Both the position numbers and the translations under genes were made by a program. From contig JAKFCY010000002.1 of NCBI GenBank assembly GCA_036676395.1, positions 32,001 to 96,000 on the forward strand: DNA of 64,000 nucleotides, read 5' to 3'. The notes below the pieces were generated by a model. It did no database searches. It was not told the DNA's origin and saw only the letters and a list, made by a program, of their open reading frames with translations. The DNA is from Bdellovibrio sp. (GTDB taxonomy: Bacteria > Bdellovibrionota > Bdellovibrionia > Bdellovibrionales > Bdellovibrionaceae). Positions 28,963 through 38,843 of the stretch are shown here, piece after piece. Numbering within the stretch: position 1 is the first letter of the stretch; every line of letters begins with the position of its first letter.

Positions 28963-30955
28963 ATTCAGGGTTTATCAGGTTACCATTACGATATTTAGCT
29001 AAACAATCGACGAGCTCGCGTTTTTTGATGGGCTTTGACAGAAAATCTGTAAAGCCCATTTTTAAACAGCGTTCGCGTTCGTCTTCGAAAGCATGTGCAG
29101 TGAAGGCTATGATCGGCTTTTTATAGCCGTGTTGACGTAAAGTCGAAGTGGCTGTGTATCCATCCATGATCGGCATTTGGATATCCATAATAACTAAATC
29201 ATGCTCGCCTTCTTCGGCTTTTTTCATGCCTTCTTCACCATCAGCCGCTAAATCAACTTTTACGCCTTCCATTTCAAGAAAATTTTGCACAAGCAATTGG
29301 TTATCCAGCGAATCTTCGACCAGCAAAACTTTAAAATTATTCATGTTTGGTTTAGCTGCTACAGGTTTTTGCGCAGCTAAATCGACAGTGTCGACAGGCT
29401 CAGAGAGTAGGTTTGTAAAACTTGTAATCATTGGTGAGATAGAGATATCACCAGTTTTAATTTTTGCAATGAATGTGCTGCCTTGGCCTGGCGTGCTGGA
29501 TTGTAATATCACATCTCCGCCTAAAGCTTGGGCTAATTGTTTGGCCAAAGTTAATCCCAGGCCGGTGCCGCCAAACCTGCGAGTCATTGAACTATCCACC
29601 TGAGTGAAAGGTTCAAAGAGATGTTTAATTTCATCTGACGACATGCCAATTCCGGTATCAATAACAATGAAGTGCAAGAGTGGCTCAGAATTTTCTTCGG
29701 CTAGTTTTACAATTAATTCGACTGTGCCTTGGTTGGTAAATTTGATCGCATTGCCTAATAAATTAAGCAGGATATGCTGAAGCTTCGATGGATCTGAATT
29801 GATTTTTTCAGGTATCGGACCTTCGGTCTCAAAATGCAAAGTCAGATTTTTTTCATTAGCTAGCGGTGATAAAATTGATTTCACTTGGGCAATGACATTA
29901 GGTACTGAAAATTTTGCAATTTTTAATTGTAGTTTACCGGCTTCAATTTTTGATAAATCTAAAATTTCATCAATGACTTTTTTAAGGTGTTCACTATTGC
30001 GAGTAATTTTTTTTAGCCACAGAATACGCTCTTTTTCGTCTTTATAGTCAGTTTGCAATAGTTCAGATAAGCCCATAATGGCATTTAATGGCGTACGAAT
30101 TTCATGGCTCATATTAGCTAAAAATTGTGATTTGGCGTTGCTGGCATACTCTGCATCGCGCTTGGCATTTTTAAGGTCTTCTTCGTACATTTTACTTTCG
30201 CTGATATCAGTCATTAGACAAACATAACCACGTACTGTGCCGTTTTCAAATTCCGGGCTCACGGCCACATTAACAAATTGGGGTGAAGTTGACCCCAGCA
30301 AAACACTTTCAAAAGTAACCTGCTCACCGTGATCTAAACGCGGAATATTTTTTTTAATTTGAGTCGTAATTTCAAGGCCAAAAATTTTTTCGACTGGCTC
30401 ATTAATCAGAGTTTTTTCAAACCACTCCGTGCTGACCTGATTTGAAAAACTAAATTTTAGGTCAGGTGTGATGTAGGTCAGCGATGCTGGTATAATATCA
30501 GTGATAACTTTAAGTTGTTTTTCATTTTGGCGAAGACGCTGTTCTACAATGACTTTTTCGTATTGCGATTTTGTCAGCTCTAAAGCATTTTTTATAGCTG
30601 AAGGCAGGCGTACAATTTTGTCTTTAATAACATAATCAACAGCGCCTTTTTTAAGACATTCAACAGCCATTTCATCAGATAAGGTTCCAGTAACAATAAT
30701 TAGCGGCGTAAGTATTTTTTGTTCTTGCAGTATATCTAACGCAGAAAGAGCACCAAATTGCGGTATTGAATAATCACATAGAATTATATTTGGCTTAAAG
30801 TTTTCGAGCGCTTCTAAAAAAGCTGCTCGATTATCAACGGTTACAGACGAATAATTCAGATCAGACTTGCTTAAAGTGCGTTGCACTAGCAACTGGTCTA
30901 GCTCGTTGTCTTCGGCGATCAAAATTTTAAGACTTTTGTCCTGAACCTCGTCCAT
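28937..30955 (-). CDS. Cytoplasmic hybrid histidine kinase (REC-PAS-HisKA-HATPase-REC)
   Basis: N-terminal IAEDN...LCD, FLANMSHEIRTPLN, GGTGLGL, C-terminal MDIQMP. Confidence 0.93.
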   Translation of the reverse strand: MDEVQDKSLKILIAEDNELDQLLVQRTLSKSDLNYSSVTVDNRAAFLEALENFKPNIILCDYSIPQFGALSALDILQEQKILTPLIIVTGTLSDEMAVECLKKGAVDYVIKDKIVRLPSAIKNALELTKSQYEKVIVEQRLRQNEKQLKVITDIIPASLTYITPDLKFSFSNQVSTEWFEKTLINEPVEKIFGLEITTQIKKNIPRLDHGEQVTFESVLLGSTSPQFVNVAVSPEFENGTVRGYVCLMTDISESKMYEEDLKNAKRDAEYASNAKSQFLANMSHEIRTPLNAIMGLSELLQTDYKDEKERILWLKKITRNSEHLKKVIDEILDLSKIEAGKLQLKIAKFSVPNVIAQVKSILSPLANEKNLTLHFETEGPIPEKINSDPSKLQHILLNLLGNAIKFTNQGTVELIVKLAEENSEPLLHFIVIDTGIGMSSDEIKHLFEPFTQVDSSMTRRFGGTGLGLTLAKQLAQALGGDVILQSSTPGQGSTFIAKIKTGDISISPMITSFTNLLSEPVDTVDLAAQKPVAAKPNMNNFKVLLVEDSLDNQLLVQNFLEMEGVKVDLAADGEEGMKKAEEGEHDLVIMDIQMPIMDGYTATSTLRQHGYKKPIIAFTAHAFEDERERCLKMGFTDFLSKPIKKRELVDCLAKYRNGNLINPESRLAPPPM

Positions 30956-31165
30956 ATCTAATGTTTATCACGACGATAACAGATCTTAAATACATAACTG
31001 AACTAAACAACTGGCGAGGAAAATTTGGACTAGTTGTTTTTTTATTTATACATAATAAAATTGGATTCGGTGCTTTTTTTGTTGCATGAGAAAATCCGAG
31101 TTTTATAGCACGACCGAAGTCCAATTTCGGTACATTTTAGCTCTGAAAAAGCCGATAGCGTATTT

Positions 31166-33388
31166 GTGAAAAACACCAATGCAGATCGTAAATGGATCAT
31201 CCTAATTGGCCTTCTGCTGATAGCAGAAGTGCTATGGCTATTAGTTGATTTGCAGTGGATTAATGTTCCATTTTTTTCAAAAAAATCAAACACTTCAAAT
31301 GCTGTTGATGCCGGATATATTATCTCGAGTAAAAAAGATTTAAAACGCCGCGGGGCAAATAGTCTCATCTGGGAAGACACCCAGCCTAAAGATACACTTT
31401 TTTACCATGATTCGGTTTTAACGCTTTCACAGAGTTCGGCTAAACTTTATTTAAAAGATCAGACTGATCTGGAGCTTTCAGAAAATACTTTAGTTACTCT
31501 TGAAGAACCAGAAGACAAAACTAAATCTGAAATTCGCTTACGTTTTTCGCGCGGTGATTTGCGCGCCCGTAATCCCTCATTTAAAACAAGCGTTGTGGGC
31601 GAAGACTGGGTCATCAATTTAGATAAAGGCTCAGACATCGTATTGCGTAAAGATCAAGGTTCATACGAGTTTGAAGTTGTTTCAGGCACCGCCACGCTGC
31701 AAACAAAAGATGGCGAAGAAAATTTAACTGAAGATAAAATTTTAAAATTAAATGATGATCACAAAGTTGAAAAAGTTGAAAAAAGTACTGATCTTCAGTG
31801 GAAAGAAAAAAAGCCAGTTAGAATTTACACGTTAGGCGAGAATGCAAATATTCCGCTCGAGTGGATGGGTGATGCCAAAGATCTTGTTATCAATAAAGCG
31901 GGCAGTGAAGAAAAAAATCAAAATTTAGAAACGCAAAAGCAAACATCATCGGTAAAACTTGCGCATGGCAGTTATAAAATCAGACTTAAAAATGCGTCAG
32001 GCTTATCAGAAGCAAAGACTGTTGAAGTTTGGAAAGCTCCACGCATCTATTTAAAAAAGCCTTTACCGCGTGATCGCTTAAAAACTAATGAGCCTTACGA
32101 ATTTATTTGGACCACTGAAAAAGGTGTTAAAACGTACCGCGTTCAGTTTTCTTCTAATCAAGCACCATTGAAACAAGAAAAAGCCGACCAAAATTATACG
32201 ACCATAAAGTTTGACCAAGAACAGGATTTAAAGTGGCAAGTGCAAGGCGAAGATGAAGAGGGCTTTGTTATTCCGCCGTTATATGACAATGAAATTTACT
32301 TGCGTGATGAACCCCTGGCTGCCCCTAAGCTTAAAGTTCCTGATGTAAAAAAAGGCGCATTTTATCAACCGAAGTGGCATTGGTTGTATGCAGCTATTTT
32401 TCAACAAGCGCAGGCCAAAGTTGATAATTATGAAATTGATTTCGCCTGGGAGCCCGTTGCCGGTGCCGATCAGTATATTTTAGAAGTTTCAACAACCCCG
32501 GATTTTCGCCAGCCTGAATTAATTAAAACATTATCAAGCACCACTTATGTGTGGAAAAAAGTAAAGTTTAAAAAGTATTACTGGCGCGTGGCTGCCGGAA
32601 GCGCCAAAGGCCGCATGGGATTATTTTCTGAGCCAATGGAATTACAATTAGACGAAATCAAAATTGTTAACATTCCAGCGCCAGAGCCACCAGCTGAAGC
32701 TAAAGTAGAAACCGAGCCAGCGATTGAACCAGTTGCCAGTGAAGAAAAAAAATCATTTTCAATTGAATTGCCAGAAATTCCGTCGGGGTGGGGAATTGCG
32801 TTAGCGCCAAGTTATAAGTATTCAAAAACCTCTGGTGAAAAAGAAACTCATATCGACTTACAGGGTATGGTGCCTTTTGGTGTCCAGTTAAGTTTTAAAA
32901 CCGACTGGATTAATAATCATAATTATCATGTTAACTTTTGGACCAGCCATCAAACATGGAAGCCAACGCCTGAAGTTGAATTTCCATTTCAAGATAATTT
33001 AAAAGTTCGAGAATCGATATTAACATTCGATCGCGGAACTTTAAATGAACAAAATCGTCTGGGTCTGATTTTACATGAAAATTTTATAGCGAAAAGAAAA
33101 ACCGAAGAATCAATAACGATTCAATCACAGATTTTATTCGGAATTCGCACTTCGTGGTTATTTAATCCTGACGAGCACTGGCAAAATACAGCTGGTCTTT
33201 CGCTTTTAACATCCGGCAAAGTTCATGAATTGATGTTTGATGTTCAAAGTAAAAGATACTTATCAAATAAAGACAGTAAATATAGATGGTCTGTAGGTGT
33301 TGGTGCAAATGCTGTACACCAAACGCACACTAATGATGGCGGCTTGCAAAGCGATCTTATTTTTTTACTGGGGCTTGAGCAGTTTTAG
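31166..33388 (+). CDS. Membrane-anchored FecR-like domain protein with Ig/FN3-like repeats and a beta-rich C-terminus
   Basis: N-terminal TM; DSVLT...SAKLYL.D...LELSENTLV FecR-like pattern; WEPVAGADQYILEVS and YYWRVAA FN3-like motifs. Confidence 0.65.
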   Translation: MKNTNADRKWIILIGLLLIAEVLWLLVDLQWINVPFFSKKSNTSNAVDAGYIISSKKDLKRRGANSLIWEDTQPKDTLFYHDSVLTLSQSSAKLYLKDQTDLELSENTLVTLEEPEDKTKSEIRLRFSRGDLRARNPSFKTSVVGEDWVINLDKGSDIVLRKDQGSYEFEVVSGTATLQTKDGEENLTEDKILKLNDDHKVEKVEKSTDLQWKEKKPVRIYTLGENANIPLEWMGDAKDLVINKAGSEEKNQNLETQKQTSSVKLAHGSYKIRLKNASGLSEAKTVEVWKAPRIYLKKPLPRDRLKTNEPYEFIWTTEKGVKTYRVQFSSNQAPLKQEKADQNYTTIKFDQEQDLKWQVQGEDEEGFVIPPLYDNEIYLRDEPLAAPKLKVPDVKKGAFYQPKWHWLYAAIFQQAQAKVDNYEIDFAWEPVAGADQYILEVSTTPDFRQPELIKTLSSTTYVWKKVKFKKYYWRVAAGSAKGRMGLFSEPMELQLDEIKIVNIPAPEPPAEAKVETEPAIEPVASEEKKSFSIELPEIPSGWGIALAPSYKYSKTSGEKETHIDLQGMVPFGVQLSFKTDWINNHNYHVNFWTSHQTWKPTPEVEFPFQDNLKVRESILTFDRGTLNEQNRLGLILHENFIAKRKTEESITIQSQILFGIRTSWLFNPDEHWQNTAGLSLLTSGKVHELMFDVQSKRYLSNKDSKYRWSVGVGANAVHQTHTNDGGLQSDLIFLLGLEQF

Positions 33389-34934
33389 ACTTTCGCAATC
33401 GCCAAGCTTGTATTAAGGGAATCAATAATAAAATAGAAATGAGCCATTGCATGTTTTGGGGTGGAATATTTTTAACTAAACCGCAACCGCCACTTTTAAA
33501 TTCAAAATTTTCTTTCGAGCCAGGATCAAAATTAATATACACATCATCGACTATTGTTGGATTGGCATCATCTAAATTAGTCACATTAACGCGGTATCTG
33601 ACGTAACGTTTTTTAGCGAGTGTTGAAATCGCTGCTGAATTTATCCAGCCCGAATCATCACTGATAAAGTCATCATCACTGCCGGCGACATCGAAAGTAA
33701 TATCAGAACTTGCAGGATTAGCTGTGATCGAAGTGTAAGTCGCAAGAGTTGATTCAGTGTCATAACTTTTACTGACGGCAATTTGCGTTGTACCTGAAAC
33801 AAAACCGACAATACCATCTAATAAAAGTGTGCTGCCTTGGGCTTCGCCAACGCCACCGGTAAAGTTACCATTACCAGCCATGTCCCAAATACGGCCGTCA
33901 GTGGCATCGCCACCGTCGCCCGGAAACGGAACGCTAGGGCTTCCGCCGATTCCAGCATAAGTGGTAATTACATTTCCAGAAACGCAGTGAATATTTGTCG
34001 GTGTAAAAATACTAATATTGCCGCCAGCACCGCCGCCACCGCCGCCACCAGAATCGGCTGCGCCACCATTGCCACCATTTGCCATAACTGCGCCAGTTAA
34101 AGAAATAGTCACATTACCAACGGCGCGAATAATGACTGTGCCGCCACCAGCACCGCCGCCACCACCGCCTTGAGTTGATGATCCTGATCCGCCGCCACCG
34201 CCGCCGCTGCCAGAAAGAATATCAAAGTTATGATCAAGCCCAGCTTTTCGCAAGCCCGCTGACCCGCCGGTGTTACCACCAGCAGATACGCCTGGCGAGC
34301 CATCGTTATTTGTGTAACCGGCACCACCGCCGCCACCAGCACCACTCACAGCACCAGTGAATATTCCAGCGCCGCCGCCTATAGATGTTCCGGCCAACGA
34401 TAAACCACTGGTTCCAGAAGTTGCAGCAGCGCCGCCATTACCGCCAGCAAAACCTGCGCAGCGACCGATACCACCAGCACCACCAGTAGCGCCCACGGCA
34501 GGTGAGCCATCTTCGCCAGAACATTCGATCACACCGTTAATATCAACAGTCGATAAACTATGAATAATAAGCGGGCCATTGATACTTGATAAGGTGTAAG
34601 CAGAATCTAAATTAAAACGAGTTACTTTTAGAATTGGAAATTGATTCGCATCAATGGTGATGTGATTACCAACGATGGTGCCAAATTGTGAATATGTTGA
34701 AAGCTCAAAAGGCCCATGGCTGCCATCGCTGACCGAAAAAGTAGTTTGACTGGCAACGGCCTGAGTTGAATTTCTGTAATTATATATTTGTAATTGAGGG
34801 TGTAAATAACCTAATTCGAAGTTCCATACTAAAGTAGAACTCACTAACTGAGTTGTTGTATCAAAAGTTTCAGTGAAAACCCGAGCATTGGCGGTCATTG
34901 ATGTTAATAAGATGAGCCAACTCAGCAGTTTCAT
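33357..34934 (-). CDS. Secreted glycine-rich surface protein with C-terminal GGC-TM-basic sorting-like tail
   Basis: Signal peptide; GGGGG runs; SGGCGLV...WLISILLLIPLIQAWRLRK. Confidence 0.75.
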   Translation of the reverse strand: MKLLSWLILLTSMTANARVFTETFDTTTQLVSSTLVWNFELGYLHPQLQIYNYRNSTQAVASQTTFSVSDGSHGPFELSTYSQFGTIVGNHITIDANQFPILKVTRFNLDSAYTLSSINGPLIIHSLSTVDINGVIECSGEDGSPAVGATGGAGGIGRCAGFAGGNGGAAATSGTSGLSLAGTSIGGGAGIFTGAVSGAGGGGGAGYTNNDGSPGVSAGGNTGGSAGLRKAGLDHNFDILSGSGGGGGGSGSSTQGGGGGGAGGGTVIIRAVGNVTISLTGAVMANGGNGGAADSGGGGGGGAGGNISIFTPTNIHCVSGNVITTYAGIGGSPSVPFPGDGGDATDGRIWDMAGNGNFTGGVGEAQGSTLLLDGIVGFVSGTTQIAVSKSYDTESTLATYTSITANPASSDITFDVAGSDDDFISDDSGWINSAAISTLAKKRYVRYRVNVTNLDDANPTIVDDVYINFDPGSKENFEFKSGGCGLVKNIPPQNMQWLISILLLIPLIQAWRLRKSKTAQAPVKK

Positions 34935-34939
34935 TTATT

Positions 34940-35365
34940 TTATCCGGCCTTAGCCGTTTCATCAGTTATTTTTAGAGCCTGAAAAACTTTTTCGCGCAAA
35001 ATATCTGAGCGAAAAGGTTTAATAATATAACTATCAATCGCATGTAGTTTTGCATTTGTAATTTTTAAGCGCTCTTGCGATTGCTGGCTAGTTATCATAA
35101 TAAACGGTGTAGAATAGCGCAAATTATGCGCGCGCACAGCTTTAAGTAATGCTAAACCATTCGTTCGTGGCATTTCCCAGTCAGAAATAATTAAATCAAT
35201 ACGCTGAATGGTGTCCAGCACGTATCTATACGCTTCAGCTCCATCACGAGCTTCAATAAAAGTTCTAAAACCATACATGGTTAAATAATCTTTTATAATT
35301 CCTCGCACACCATCATCATCATCAACGATCATGATAGTCATGCGGCTGATGTTGATCTTAGTCAT
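34940..35365 (-). CDS. CheY-like single-domain response regulator
   Basis: IVDDD, ISDWEMP, FIMIT, YIIKPF. Confidence 0.92.
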   Translation of the reverse strand: MTKINISRMTIMIVDDDDGVRGIIKDYLTMYGFRTFIEARDGAEAYRYVLDTIQRIDLIISDWEMPRTNGLALLKAVRAHNLRYSTPFIMITSQQSQERLKITNAKLHAIDSYIIKPFRSDILREKVFQALKITDETAKAG

Positions 35366-36674
35366 GAGCTCCCTCTTGTTTAATAGGAATTTTAATTGTC
35401 ACCTCAACACCTTTTGAGGGGTGATTTGACAATGAAAATTCTCCTAGATGTTCTGCTTCAATGATTTCTTTGCAAATAGGTAAACCAAGGCCTGTGCCTT
35501 TGTTGCCTTTTGTCGTGTAAAATGGATTCATCACATAAGGTAATACATCTTTTGGGATTCCAGGGCCGTGATCACGAATTTTGATTTCAACCCATGAATC
35601 TGGAATTTGACCTTCTGGGCTGGCACATTTTGCTACCGAGATATCAATTTGTCCTGACGGAGACATAACGTGGGCCGCATTTGTAAATAAATTAATAAAT
35701 ACCTGTACTAATGAGTGGTGATTTGCATCAACTTCACATTGGTGATATTTGATTTTTGTAACTTTAATATTACGTTTGTTAAAATCATGCGCCATTAATT
35801 CTAAGGCTTCATCGACACTGGCATTTAATTTAATAGGCACTAATCCAGGTACTGATTCAACATTATTCATTTTTTTGAATTTCGATAAAACATTTGAAGC
35901 TGTTTCACCGGCCTTTAAAATTGTTGTTAAGGCCGTGCGCATTTGTGCTAAATCACCTTTCATTAAAGCGATTTCTGCATGACCTACGATATGCATTAAT
36001 AAATTTCCGAATTCATGGGCCACACTGCGGCCAACAGCTGCTACAGTACTATTACGTTCATTAACACGTAATAGTTGTGAAGCTTCTGATAGCTGTTCTT
36101 CTTGTAATTTTTTTTGCTCTTTTAAATTCCATAGTGAAACGGCATTGCGGGCTTTTTGTAAAATCGCACCATCAGTAAATGGTTTATTCATGTAATCCCA
36201 GCGATCAGATTTATTTGGCCCTAAGATTTGATTGATCGAATCTACAGTGCGGTCATGGTAAGCGGTTACAAACACGGCATGAATTTTTGGGTCCATTAAA
36301 TGAATTTGGCGAACTAATTCGATACCATCAATTTCACTTCCTAATAAAACATCAAAAAATCCCATCGCAAATGGCTTACCATTTAGAATTGATGACTTTA
36401 TATGATGAAGTGCTTCAGTTGGATTTTTTGCCCAAACAACTTCAAATTGATCTTTTTGCGCTTCGCTCGGAGTGCCCGCAGTTTTACTTGGAGCCGCTGA
36501 TCGGCTTGAGCGATTGATCGGTACCACTGAAGATGGGGCTGGCGAGATAATGGCTTTGATGCCCTCTGCAATGGCTGGTTCGTCTTCGACGATAAGCACG
36601 CGCCAATTGTATTCGTAGTCTTTTTTGGCTTGTGGCAGATCTAAAACATTTAGTTTTTTTGCAGTTTGACTCAT
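35358..36674 (-). CDS. Hybrid REC-histidine kinase
   Basis: LIVEDE...FFDV...VTAY...KPF receiver with an insertion; AHEFGNLL H-box; GTGLGL. Confidence 0.9.
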   Translation of the reverse strand: MSQTAKKLNVLDLPQAKKDYEYNWRVLIVEDEPAIAEGIKAIISPAPSSVVPINRSSRSAAPSKTAGTPSEAQKDQFEVVWAKNPTEALHHIKSSILNGKPFAMGFFDVLLGSEIDGIELVRQIHLMDPKIHAVFVTAYHDRTVDSINQILGPNKSDRWDYMNKPFTDGAILQKARNAVSLWNLKEQKKLQEEQLSEASQLLRVNERNSTVAAVGRSVAHEFGNLLMHIVGHAEIALMKGDLAQMRTALTTILKAGETASNVLSKFKKMNNVESVPGLVPIKLNASVDEALELMAHDFNKRNIKVTKIKYHQCEVDANHHSLVQVFINLFTNAAHVMSPSGQIDISVAKCASPEGQIPDSWVEIKIRDHGPGIPKDVLPYVMNPFYTTKGNKGTGLGLPICKEIIEAEHLGEFSLSNHPSKGVEVTIKIPIKQEGAHD

Positions 36675-38749
36675 GCGGCACCTTCTTCTTGTTTTTGTAA
36701 CTTAATTGGTAAAATAATTTTAAAAGTTGTTTCTTTAAACGGAGTGGATGCGACAAATTCAATATCGCCCCCATGGGCGCGGATAAAACGGCGGCTAATG
36801 CCTAAGCCTAAGCCTGTGCCTTCATCTGCTGATTTAGTTGTAAACTGTTTTTGAAATAACATGGCCTGATGTTCATCAGAGATACCACTGCCGTTGTCGC
36901 TCATTAATATAATGACATTTTCATCAGTAATTTCAGTTGAAAGTTTTAGTTGGTATTTTTGTTTTTTATCTAACATCGCTTGCAACGAATTGCGCATTAA
37001 ATTGGTCATCGCCTGAATAAACTCATCACGATCCAACGACACTTCGTCATTACCAACTGCATAGGTCTCTACAACATCGATATTTTGCTGCATAAATAAA
37101 TCAGCCATAATATTTTTACAGTCGATCAGAAGTTTTTTTGCAGAATAAGTTTTAATATCAGAATTTAAACGGCTTAATTTTCTCATCCCGTCGACGATTT
37201 TTCCGATGCGGCGACTTTCGTTAATTAAAAACTGAATATCGGAATCGATAGTTTGAGTTAATTCGCCAAATGAAGCTTGTACCGAATCTAAATTATGCAT
37301 GTCTTCTTGCCATAAACTCCAAGTCTGGTCGACTTGTGAAGGCTGTTGCCAGGCAGCTGCCAAGGCTTCAAAACCACCAGTATTATGGTCGTTTTTCCAA
37401 CTGGCAAAAATGTCTTTCATTAAATTTAATTGCGGTTCAACCTGGTTTTTCACACGTTTTTCCACACCACTTAAACGGGCTAAAATTCCAGTCAGCGGAT
37501 TTAAAACATCATGGGCCGCACGACCGGCTATTTCACCGGCAGATGCCAGACGAGTTGTTTTGAGTAAGGCTTCTTGAGCCTCTTTTACGGCCTGATTTTG
37601 AATCTCTAATTGATGAGTACGATCTTTTACTTTTTGATCTAATTCGCGATTGATTTCTTGTAATTCATCGCGGGATTGTTTTAGTTCGGTGATCATCTGA
37701 TTAAACGATGTCGCTAACATGCGTGTTTCATCAGTGGTATTTACTTTGATTTGAGTCGATAAATCACCGGTAGCAACTTTTTCCATTCCACGAACTAAAA
37801 TTGAAATGGGCTCTGTTAATGAACGCGATAATAAAAATGCGAATAGTAATGATAACGTAATTACAATCAGAGCAAATGATAATGAGCGTGAAACTAATTC
37901 GTAAACCGCAGAAAAGGCGTGGTCTTTAGAAACCTTTGAAAGAATAATGATTTGCCCTTGGTAAGTTTTCGCAAAAGCTCCTAAAAATTCTTTACCGTCA
38001 TCTTTAGTTGCGGCCACGCTTAAATTAACTTTTGCTTCTTTGGCTTTTTGAAACAACGCAGTGTCGTTTAAGCTTTTGGCTTGTTTCATCCAGTCAAAAT
38101 TTGAATGTAATAAAATTTTACCCTCGTGATCAATGACTGAAACTTCACTCAGTTTTACAACGTTTAAAATTTTTAAAATTTTATCGGCCTGAATGTAACC
38201 AACAACAGCCAAGTGATCAGTGGGAATTCCTTTGCTATTTTCGATCACAACGTTGCGGCCGTAGCCAATGAGCGGTGTGCCACCTTCGATAGAAGCATTC
38301 CAAAAGTATTCGCCATTTTTTAAAATTTCTGCAAATGGTATTGGGCGTGCGGCTAAAACCATTTTATCAAAAAAATCAGCATCTAAGCCGTACGTTTCAG
38401 CATACTTTTTATCACTGTAACTTTTGATCGCTAAGCTTTGTTCTTGGCGATATAGCGAAGCAAATACGACAGACGAATTTTCGCCAAAAACTTGTTCCGC
38501 ATAGTTTTTTGTAGTTGAATTGGTTGATAGCGTTGCGAACAAACGAAATTTATCTGACACGCCTTTAAATTCAGTTTCGATCTCTGCTGCTAAATTCGAA
38601 ACCATGCTGCGATTTAGATCAAACACAAGTTCAGTTTTATCGGTCTTGAAAACTTCGACGGCGATTAATAAATATACGACAAGGCAAGTTACAAGCAACG
38701 CGCTCATAACACCTAAGAATTTAAATCGTATTGAAAAAAAGCCCTTCAT
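36671..38749 (-). CDS. Membrane sensor histidine kinase (Cache-like sensor, HAMP)
   Basis: Two TMs around a periplasmic domain, HAMP, AHDVLNPL, DNGSGI, GTGLGL; GGAG RBS before ATG 38749. Confidence 0.9.
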   Translation of the reverse strand: MKGFFSIRFKFLGVMSALLVTCLVVYLLIAVEVFKTDKTELVFDLNRSMVSNLAAEIETEFKGVSDKFRLFATLSTNSTTKNYAEQVFGENSSVVFASLYRQEQSLAIKSYSDKKYAETYGLDADFFDKMVLAARPIPFAEILKNGEYFWNASIEGGTPLIGYGRNVVIENSKGIPTDHLAVVGYIQADKILKILNVVKLSEVSVIDHEGKILLHSNFDWMKQAKSLNDTALFQKAKEAKVNLSVAATKDDGKEFLGAFAKTYQGQIIILSKVSKDHAFSAVYELVSRSLSFALIVITLSLLFAFLLSRSLTEPISILVRGMEKVATGDLSTQIKVNTTDETRMLATSFNQMITELKQSRDELQEINRELDQKVKDRTHQLEIQNQAVKEAQEALLKTTRLASAGEIAGRAAHDVLNPLTGILARLSGVEKRVKNQVEPQLNLMKDIFASWKNDHNTGGFEALAAAWQQPSQVDQTWSLWQEDMHNLDSVQASFGELTQTIDSDIQFLINESRRIGKIVDGMRKLSRLNSDIKTYSAKKLLIDCKNIMADLFMQQNIDVVETYAVGNDEVSLDRDEFIQAMTNLMRNSLQAMLDKKQKYQLKLSTEITDENVIILMSDNGSGISDEHQAMLFQKQFTTKSADEGTGLGLGISRRFIRAHGGDIEFVASTPFKETTFKIILPIKLQKQEEGAA

Positions 38750-38843
38750 TTTCACTCCGTAAAAGACCATTACTTATCGGCCAAGCTAATGTATTTACTT
38801 AGAAAAAATGCGAACTTTCGAATTTTAAGAGAGTGAAACTAGA

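Noticed and set aside
33840..34500. GCC/CCG-rich repeats as a possible repeat array
   Set aside because: Explained by poly-Gly codons of the minus-strand surface protein; no repeat-spacer periodicity
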